Origin: Gammaproteobacteria bacterium
GTDB taxonomy: Bacteria; Pseudomonadota; Gammaproteobacteria; Ga0077536
NCBI GenBank assembly: GCA_021773835.1
Contig: JAJFJQ010000060.1
Location: 8,540 to 72,539 of the forward strand
Direction of reading: 5' to 3'
Length of the DNA stretch: 64,000 nucleotides
Shown: positions 57,670 to 64,000 of the stretch, one piece after another
How the letters are laid out: every line of letters begins with the position of its first letter
How positions within the stretch are numbered: position 1 is the first letter of the stretch
Notes under the pieces: model-generated
What the model saw: only the letters and a program-made list of their open reading frames with translations
Told to the model about the DNA's origin: nothing
The model's database searches: none
Position numbers and translations under genes: made by a program

Positions 57670-59067
57670 TTGACTGAATTGCATTATTTCAATATCACCG
57701 ATCTAGCGAAACTACTTGCCGCGCGAGCGGTTTCGTCCGTTGAAGTCACCGAGGCACAACTTGAACGGATCGCTCTGATCGATGGCGATCTTCAGGCCTA
57801 CGCGTCGATAAGTGCCGATTCGGCACTGCTTGAGGCAAAACGCGCCGACCAAGAAATCAGTCACGGAAATTACCGTGGAGCACTGCACGGCGTGCCCATC
57901 GCCGTGAAAGATCTTTGCTTCATCAAAGGCACTCGGACAATGGGCGGCACAGCGGTGTTGCAAGATTTTATCCCGGACTACGATGCAACCGTTGTAGCGA
58001 AGCTGCGCGAGGCCGGTGCGGTGATCCTTGGCAAGCTCAACCTCGCCGAAGGCGCGATGGCGGGCTACAACCCTAAGTTCGCAGTGCCATACAATCCATG
58101 GGATCGGTCACTGTCGCCTGGCGGTTCCTCGAGCGGTTCGGGTGTCGCCACCGCCGCTGGGCTATGTTTCGGAAGTTTAGGTACAGACACCGGCGGTTCG
58201 ATCCGGTTTCCTTCCAGCATGTGTGGCGTAGTCGGAATGAAACCGACATGGGGTCGGGTGAGTCGCTACGGCATCCTCGACCTCGCACCAACAATGGATC
58301 ACGTTGGCACACTAACTCGCAGCGTTGCCGATGCCGCGATCATCAACGAGGTCATAGCCGGCCACGATCCGAACGACCTTACGACACTGCCGACCGGCGC
58401 AATGGATCTTTCTGCCGCCTGTGACAGCGGCGTAGCCGACTTGCGCATCGGTTACGCAGAGCGATATAGCAACGAAGGCGTCGACCCCGCGACGGCGGCG
58501 GCAGTGGCGGCGGCCGTCGACATGCTTGAATCGCTGGGCGCCACCTTGGTGGAGGTCGAAATCCCGAATCTCGACAAATACGTCATCGCGTGGCGCGAAT
58601 TGTGCACATCGGAGGCATTTGTCGCGCACTCGAAGTATTTCCCCTCGCGTGCCCCGGAATATGGCCCGTGGTTCCGCTCATGGCTTGCGCACGGACAGTC
58701 TCGCAGCGCTACGGGTTACATCAATGCTCACCGACAACGTCTTGAGTGTAATGCTGTAATCGCAGCCGCATTTTCGAACATCGACGTACTGTTGTGCCCT
58801 GCCATGACGACGCCGGAGCAGCGCAAAAGCGATCCGCAATACTTCGGCGAACCAATGGGGGAAATCAATGCGCCACGCCAGCGGTTTACAATTCCCTATA
58901 ACTTTAATGGCGCTCCCAGCATCACGCTTCCGGCTGGACAGAACTCAAACGGCGAACCCATTAGTGTTCAGTGCGTCGGGAAACCAATGCGGGAGGATAG
59001 TGTTTTTAAGACCGCTGCTGCGCTCGAACAAAGCAACGAATACCGGACTCGTCACCCACCACTTTGA
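57670..59067 (+). CDS. Amidase (amidase-signature family), second copy in the window
   Basis: 465 aa. Motif GGSSSGSGVATAAGLCFGSLGTDTGGSIRFPS. Confidence 0.85.
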   Translation: MTELHYFNITDLAKLLAARAVSSVEVTEAQLERIALIDGDLQAYASISADSALLEAKRADQEISHGNYRGALHGVPIAVKDLCFIKGTRTMGGTAVLQDFIPDYDATVVAKLREAGAVILGKLNLAEGAMAGYNPKFAVPYNPWDRSLSPGGSSSGSGVATAAGLCFGSLGTDTGGSIRFPSSMCGVVGMKPTWGRVSRYGILDLAPTMDHVGTLTRSVADAAIINEVIAGHDPNDLTTLPTGAMDLSAACDSGVADLRIGYAERYSNEGVDPATAAAVAAAVDMLESLGATLVEVEIPNLDKYVIAWRELCTSEAFVAHSKYFPSRAPEYGPWFRSWLAHGQSRSATGYINAHRQRLECNAVIAAAFSNIDVLLCPAMTTPEQRKSDPQYFGEPMGEINAPRQRFTIPYNFNGAPSITLPAGQNSNGEPISVQCVGKPMREDSVFKTAAALEQSNEYRTRHPPL

Positions 59068-59149
59068 TTGTTACACCTACTGTCGCGATCTACTCGTAGG
59101 CAGCTAGGATCGTTAAGCGCCAGGTCAACCTGGCTTCTCGTGCACCCGC

Positions 59150-59767
59150 TTACGGCCCTTCTTTGAGGTTCAAGATCGGATTCAATGCGCTAAGTAGATA
59201 GGTGATCAAGGCTGTGGCGACCAACTCTATTATTGCGGCGTCGCCGTATCCGGCGTCGCGTAGGCCTTGCACATCCGCATCTTTAACTTGGTTTGGATGA
59301 AACGCCGCCTTGACGCCAAAGTCCACAGCAATACGCGTCGCCGGATCGAGATCCGTCTGCTCAATTGTGCCACTGGATAGCGCCAGGATCGCTTCCTCAT
59401 TTGCGCCTTCTAGCCGCGCGGCGCCCGCATGGTAGGGCGCACATACGGCGTTTAGTTCCTGTTCGTTCTCCTTGGCGACAGCAATCGCAATCAGCTCCTT
59501 TACGCGCGACGGCACCTCCCCCTGCTTCATCGCGTGATGTTCCGTTTGGAACACGCCATAGAAGATATCGGGTTTGAGGGCGAGGGCGCGCAGTGTCACC
59601 GCGCCATAGAAAGCCCCGCGGGGAACCCCAGGGATTGCCTCAAGCCCGTCTTTGATCAACTCAAAGTGCCGTTTAAGCTCCGGCGGCGCGTTGTCTTCCA
59701 ACTCGCGTAGCCGTTCGGGTTCAGCCAGTTGGATCCGGAAAGCATCACTTGGATCAGCCATCGTCAC
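59150..59767 (-). CDS. Carboxymuconolactone decarboxylase (CMD)/AhpD-like family protein
   Basis: 205 aa, helical AhpD-like pattern. Moderate confidence on family. Confidence 0.6.
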   Translation of the reverse strand: MTMADPSDAFRIQLAEPERLRELEDNAPPELKRHFELIKDGLEAIPGVPRGAFYGAVTLRALALKPDIFYGVFQTEHHAMKQGEVPSRVKELIAIAVAKENEQELNAVCAPYHAGAARLEGANEEAILALSSGTIEQTDLDPATRIAVDFGVKAAFHPNQVKDADVQGLRDAGYGDAAIIELVATALITYLLSALNPILNLKEGP

Positions 59768-59784
59768 AGCCCTTCAGTAGCTAG

Positions 59785-60984
59785 CTAGACCATGGCCAAC
59801 GCGTGGATTTCATGCAAATACCCCTCTTGCCAGAGCCCGGTAGTGCCGGTTGCGGTCCACGCCGGCCCATTACCGCTGTTAAAGCGTGGTCGGGCCGCAT
59901 CCATTACTTCTGGTATCGCACGTGGGTCTTTGTGAAAAGAGATGATCTCCACCACGTCAGACAGTCCAGCGCCGAATCCATCGAGGATGAGTTCGATCTG
60001 ATCAAAATCATAGGCAGTCTGCGCCGCGATGTCGCCCGATCCGACGATCGCCCCGTCACCGTCTGACGCTACCTGACCGGCGACACCTATCAAGGAGCCA
60101 CCTTTTTTCATGGAGCCGCCGGACACCGGTAGCGTGCGCCACCAGATCGTATCTGGGGTGCTCGCGATGCGCTGGCCACTGCCGAGATCCGCGATCACCT
60201 TATACTCGCCAAGTAATCCGGGCATCGCGAGCCCGGTCGTCCCGATAGCGGTCCATGGCGCGGCGTTTGGTATTGCAGTGGCGCCAAAAATATCGTTCCG
60301 CTTGCACACCGACTCGGCGGCAAGGTCCATGCCGCGTGGGTCGACGTGAAATGAATGCAGATCGACGATGTCGTCGAGCGACCCGCCTGCCATATCGAGC
60401 ACCGAGCGTATGCCATCGAAGGCATGGACCGCATGTGCCGCATGGTCGCCATGGTCTAACACATTGCCTTTGGCATCTGCCCCAACGCAGCCAGAAATGA
60501 ACAAAAGGTCGCCTTTGCGACACGCTGCTGACATCGGGAAAGCGCGAAAGAACTCGAGCCGATCGGGGTTGTAGCAGATCTTCTCACCCGCACCGAGATG
60601 GGCAATCGCCTTGATATTAATCAGTTGCTCGGGTTCGTAAGTTCCCTGGCTCCCAATCGCCGTCCAGGCCGGCGCATCGCTCGGAAAATACTTTGCTGCC
60701 ACTTCGGCAACGGCGCCGAGATCGCGGATGTCCTTATGGAAGGAAACGAGGTCGAGCACATCATCCAGGCTACCACCAGCCTCTTCAACCAATGCCTGAA
60801 TGCTATCGAAGACGTGCGCCGCTTGACCACGCGAATCGCCTGGAGCGACGATGCTGCCGTCGGCTGCGGCCGCTACCTGGCCGCTAATAAACAGGAGATC
60901 GCCGGCACGTACCGCCGACGATGCCGGGAACCCGTGGAACCAGTCGTGCGACTTTGGATTGTAGAAGGTCTTATCCATGCTCAT
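59785..60984 (-). CDS. Triple tandem Rid (YjgF/RidA-family) domain protein. All three repeats lack the RidA catalytic Arg.
   Basis: 399 aa = 3 x ~133 aa. Repeated GDLLFISGQVA / GDLLFISGCVG / GSLIGVAGQVA; SFHKD x3; (A/G)PAWTA(I/T)G x3, where canonical RidA has PARSAV. Confidence 0.75.
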   Translation of the reverse strand: MSMDKTFYNPKSHDWFHGFPASSAVRAGDLLFISGQVAAAADGSIVAPGDSRGQAAHVFDSIQALVEEAGGSLDDVLDLVSFHKDIRDLGAVAEVAAKYFPSDAPAWTAIGSQGTYEPEQLINIKAIAHLGAGEKICYNPDRLEFFRAFPMSAACRKGDLLFISGCVGADAKGNVLDHGDHAAHAVHAFDGIRSVLDMAGGSLDDIVDLHSFHVDPRGMDLAAESVCKRNDIFGATAIPNAAPWTAIGTTGLAMPGLLGEYKVIADLGSGQRIASTPDTIWWRTLPVSGGSMKKGGSLIGVAGQVASDGDGAIVGSGDIAAQTAYDFDQIELILDGFGAGLSDVVEIISFHKDPRAIPEVMDAARPRFNSGNGPAWTATGTTGLWQEGYLHEIHALAMV

Positions 60985-61032
60985 CCTCCAAGTATAGGAC
61001 GGAGATCAGTGATTAAATACCACACACCCCGG

Positions 61033-62358
61033 TCACCGCCCGCTGGTGAGTTTGGAAATACTGAACAGTTGTTTGACTTGACTTGGTTTCATTGTGAGAA
61101 ATTCCGTCGGCTTCATCGCCATCGCCACCGTAGCGGTATCATCTCGCACATTGATACCGATAGATGAGCGCCAGCGCTGCACGCTTTCTCCCGGGTCGCC
61201 GTCGTTTGTATCAACCGCGCTTTGATGCACGACCATGAAAATCTTATACAACTCATCGTTGCGATCAAAGACCAGTGCCAAGCCGATACCGAATGTTTCC
61301 TCGTCGATGAACAACAAGCGGCGACTATACGGATGGTCTTCCAATTTCGGGATCGCCTCAACCACATAACTTGGCCGCAGTTGCCAGCGGTCCAGTGGGA
61401 TAGTGCTCATGGGTCCGTGCGACTGGGGGTGCGACTGCTTGGAATTGACGACCGACGGGATCACCTTGTGGCCGAGCAGTGACCAGGTGTTATCGGTGAC
61501 GAGGCCGGAGAATCCCTCGAAGTCGTCCAGCGTCCAAATGGTGCCCATGAAACTATCGGAACGTTCTTTGGCTGATAGGCGTCGCACGCGCCGTTCGGTT
61601 GCGAGGTAGGAATTTACCTGGTCACCCTGAGCCTGGTCTAGCGGCCGCTCAATGATGAACTGGGTACCGGCCACGTCAAACGGTGCCAAAAATTCCATAT
61701 GTTCCTTGTACAGCAACTCATCACTACCGGGGACATCCATGCGATAGTTTTGCTCTGGGAGCGTTGCCAACTTGGATAGATAAACGCGGTGATAGGTCAG
61801 CGCCAGATGTCGATCAACATGCCCCCCACCAACCATGCCATCAAGCAGTTGACCCGTCGTACCATCAGGTGTCGGTTTAACATAGGCCATCTCGGTTTCC
61901 CGCATGCGGTAGCCGTAATGCTGCCACCTGTGGATCTGGTTCCACGCCACCATATAACCGGCTTTATCTGCTGGTGCTGCTTCTATTCCTTCTCGGGTAA
62001 ACGGTTGACCCGCGGTGTAACCTTCAAGCTGACCGTTGCTACTAATCGTCGCCTGATCGCCGTAGCGGGCGGTCGCGTCTCGGTACAGCTGATGCGGCCT
62101 GTGACTGCGGGTCTCCTCTATCTCGACGTCGAGCTCTGGAAAATCGAATTGCTCGATGAAGCCTGGTGGCAAATAGGCTGTAAACTCTTGCACGCGCGCT
62201 TGATCATATTTACCCGGCGCAAGACCATCGGCTGGAGCTTGCGCGTGCTTTGTCAACCAAGCCTGCACGTCTGAAAATTGCACCCCCGCAGCATGTGCTT
62301 GGCTGGTGACTGCTAACACCCAGGTAATGACAACTGCCGATAATGATCCTCTGAACAC
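61033..62358 (-). CDS. DUF1329-family secreted/outer-membrane-associated protein
   Basis: 441 aa with signal peptide (VLAVTSQAHAA). Family call from overall pattern only. Confidence 0.55.
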   Translation of the reverse strand: MFRGSLSAVVITWVLAVTSQAHAAGVQFSDVQAWLTKHAQAPADGLAPGKYDQARVQEFTAYLPPGFIEQFDFPELDVEIEETRSHRPHQLYRDATARYGDQATISSNGQLEGYTAGQPFTREGIEAAPADKAGYMVAWNQIHRWQHYGYRMRETEMAYVKPTPDGTTGQLLDGMVGGGHVDRHLALTYHRVYLSKLATLPEQNYRMDVPGSDELLYKEHMEFLAPFDVAGTQFIIERPLDQAQGDQVNSYLATERRVRRLSAKERSDSFMGTIWTLDDFEGFSGLVTDNTWSLLGHKVIPSVVNSKQSHPQSHGPMSTIPLDRWQLRPSYVVEAIPKLEDHPYSRRLLFIDEETFGIGLALVFDRNDELYKIFMVVHQSAVDTNDGDPGESVQRWRSSIGINVRDDTATVAMAMKPTEFLTMKPSQVKQLFSISKLTSGR

Positions 62359-62481
62359 TGACTTCTCCTGATGAAATTTAGCCGATCGACCTTCGGGTTG
62401 CGCGCCAAGTGCACTCGGGCGCAGCTAGACGGGTTGATGTGCCGCGATACTACAAGATCCAGCGCCAATAATCCCGTGGAG

Positions 62482-63324
62482 TCACATCATCTTTGTGTAC
62501 TGATCGAGAATTGGCAGCACCACATCGGCGGTCTCTGCCGGCAAATAGAATACAGCACGAGAACAACCCATATCGGGTAATGCCTTAACCTTTTCCGGCG
62601 TCGGCTCTGCAAAGAACATCGTAGTTGCCACACTGTCGGGGTCTCGACCAATTGCCTTGCAGGCATCGCCAATGTGAATCATCCCTTTTTCGAAATCGTA
62701 GAGCTCCCCTAACGGCATCCAACCGTCACAGAATTCCGCGATATTCGCCGCGGTCTTCGGTCCCGCCGCGCCACCCAAAACGATCGGAGGATGTGGTTTT
62801 TGCGTTGGCTTAGGCCAGGCCCAACTTTCTTCAAAATTGATATGACCGCTCGAGTAGCTTACCTCGTCCTCGGTCCATAGTTTCTTCATGAACAATATAT
62901 TGTCGCGCAATATGCTGCGACGTTTATAGTAGTCGAGGCCGTGGTTGCGCATCTCTTCCTTACACCAACCATAGCCGACGCCGAATTCGAGCCGTCCACC
63001 GGAAATCATATCCAGGCTGGCGACTTCCTTGGCAAGCCAGATTGGATCGCGCTGCGCGACGAGCGTGATTCCACTGCCGATCCGCAGCGTTTTGGTTGCG
63101 GCCGCAGCAGCGGTCAAGGCGACGAATTGATCGTGCGCGCGCCAGTATTCTTCAGGTAAGGGGCCGAGCGCCGGGTTTGCGTTCCACGGCGTTTCGCGAC
63201 TCGTCGGGATGTGGCTATGCTCGGGAAACCACAGGGAATCGAAGCCGCGCTCCTCACACGCTCGCGCCAACTCCATTGGCTGAATTGCCTTGTCCGTCGG
63301 GAACATGAGAACACCAATATCCAC
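62482..63324 (-). CDS. LLM-class oxidoreductase (F420-dependent-like subgroup)
   Basis: 280 aa. Motifs FPEHSH, GGRLEFGVGYGW, PIVLGGA. Confidence 0.8.
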   Translation of the reverse strand: MDIGVLMFPTDKAIQPMELARACEERGFDSLWFPEHSHIPTSRETPWNANPALGPLPEEYWRAHDQFVALTAAAAATKTLRIGSGITLVAQRDPIWLAKEVASLDMISGGRLEFGVGYGWCKEEMRNHGLDYYKRRSILRDNILFMKKLWTEDEVSYSSGHINFEESWAWPKPTQKPHPPIVLGGAAGPKTAANIAEFCDGWMPLGELYDFEKGMIHIGDACKAIGRDPDSVATTMFFAEPTPEKVKALPDMGCSRAVFYLPAETADVVLPILDQYTKMM

Positions 63325-63392
63325 AATGACTACCTCCTGAATCTATCTGCCGCACAAAGCGATCGCTACGTCACCAATCGCCGTCGTTTTGT

Positions 63393-63992
63393 TTAATGCG
63401 CCATTAAGGCCCTTAGTTTATTTCGCTGTTCGTCCATGTCGACCAACTCTCCGTCGTGGTAGAACATCACAACTTCAAGGGGAAAGTTATTCCATGCTAA
63501 CTGCGCAACGTTGTCCGGGCTAATGCTGTGTCTACCAAGCGTTTTTTCGGTCGCCCAATCGATCGACGGAAACGCCACGTAGGCCAGCTCAGAACAGACG
63601 ATTTTATCCGTCGTATTCACATCGAAATTAAAATCATACTGTTTTCCAATCTGTCGAAAGGCAAGCAGTAACGCCTCGCGTTTTAAATCCCCAGCGGCAT
63701 CGTCGGGGAAAACCGGGCGCAAGACCGCGAAATCATCGACGTTCAGAAAATGCTCCAATTTGCTGAGCTGGACACCGTTTCTTAACGCCTCGATGATTTG
63801 ATGCTCATCACGTGAATGCGGATCGGATCCATTACTGATGTGCTCTGCGTGCTGTTGAACAACTGGGTCCTCCCAAACCCCGGCCTCGATGACCTCCGCC
63901 TTCGTTCCGGTCCAAATGGCAACATGACCAAAATGGCCGGGGATCAGTTTATCGGTGAGTCTGAACGGTGTTTTCTCCAACAGAATATCCAA
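63393..63992 (-). CDS. YiiX-like permuted papain-fold (NlpC/P60-related) protein, possibly N-terminally incomplete at the window edge
   Basis: 199 aa from the first Met. The reading frame stays open to position 64000. Family call tentative. Confidence 0.45.
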   Translation of the reverse strand: MDILLEKTPFRLTDKLIPGHFGHVAIWTGTKAEVIEAGVWEDPVVQQHAEHISNGSDPHSRDEHQIIEALRNGVQLSKLEHFLNVDDFAVLRPVFPDDAAGDLKREALLLAFRQIGKQYDFNFDVNTTDKIVCSELAYVAFPSIDWATEKTLGRHSISPDNVAQLAWNNFPLEVVMFYHDGELVDMDEQRNKLRALMAH

Positions 63993-64000
63993 CGGTTGCA

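Noticed and set aside
1-64000. CRISPR arrays, rRNA or tRNA genes
   Set aside because: No regularly spaced direct repeats. No tRNA-like T-arm/acceptor signatures (GGTTCGAATCC-type). No rRNA-like conserved blocks were seen on either strand.
63393-64000. Treating the YiiX-like ORF as complete
   Set aside because: The frame remains open to the window edge. The true start may lie beyond 64000, so it is reported as possibly partial.

Overview
Window of about 58% GC from a proteobacterial aromatic-compound degrader. Most genes are on the minus strand.

It holds a phenol / catechol meta-cleavage island split into two modules. The upper module (21.2-29.3 kb, minus) is an XylR/DmpR-type sigma54 activator, a multicomponent phenol hydroxylase (dmpKLMNOP-like), an XylT-type ferredoxin and catechol 2,3-dioxygenase, with a clear -24/-12 promoter. 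The lower module (1-5.0 kb, minus) is a GST, 2-hydroxymuconic-semialdehyde dehydrogenase, 2-oxopent-4-enoate hydratase, acetylating acetaldehyde dehydrogenase and a truncated 4-hydroxy-2-oxovalerate aldolase, with a divergent GntR regulator. The two modules are separated by about 16 kb of unrelated genes (thiolase, LLM oxidoreductases, amidase, amidohydrolase, MaoC pair, EamA transporter, KefC-like antiporter, DUF4212+SSS symporter) and an IS1182-family element with perfect 22-bp inverted repeats.

Immediately beyond the activator is a mobile-element cluster. It comprises an IS91-family rolling-circle transposase preceded by a tyrosine recombinase, and an IS4-family element with a 10-bp target duplication. 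The IS4 element inserted into one copy of a ~27-bp direct repeat; the second copy lies beyond an isochorismatase-family gene.

Further right come several features. A Rut-pathway-like enzyme set (RidA, alpha/beta hydrolase, deacetylase, LLM monooxygenase). A tail-anchored Ser/Thr kinase. A PQQ sugar dehydrogenase lipoprotein. A BVMO with a His-to-Ser fingerprint variant, divergent from an acyl-CoA-dehydrogenase-fold monooxygenase. A toluene/alkene-type four-component diiron monooxygenase cluster in non-canonical order (ferredoxin-alpha-gamma-effector-beta) with no reductase; DUF1326/DUF2182 metal-binding proteins follow it and an orphan T6SS Hcp gene precedes it. A fused hydantoinase A/B (oxoprolinase-like) gene translationally coupled to a small CxxC ORF. 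A second amidase and a CMD/AhpD-like gene. A triple tandem Rid-domain protein that lacks the RidA catalytic arginine. A DUF1329 protein and a fourth LLM oxidoreductase.

Two copies of a REP-like hairpin repeat family occur at 5.9 kb and 27.5 kb. No rRNA, tRNA or CRISPR array was recognised.
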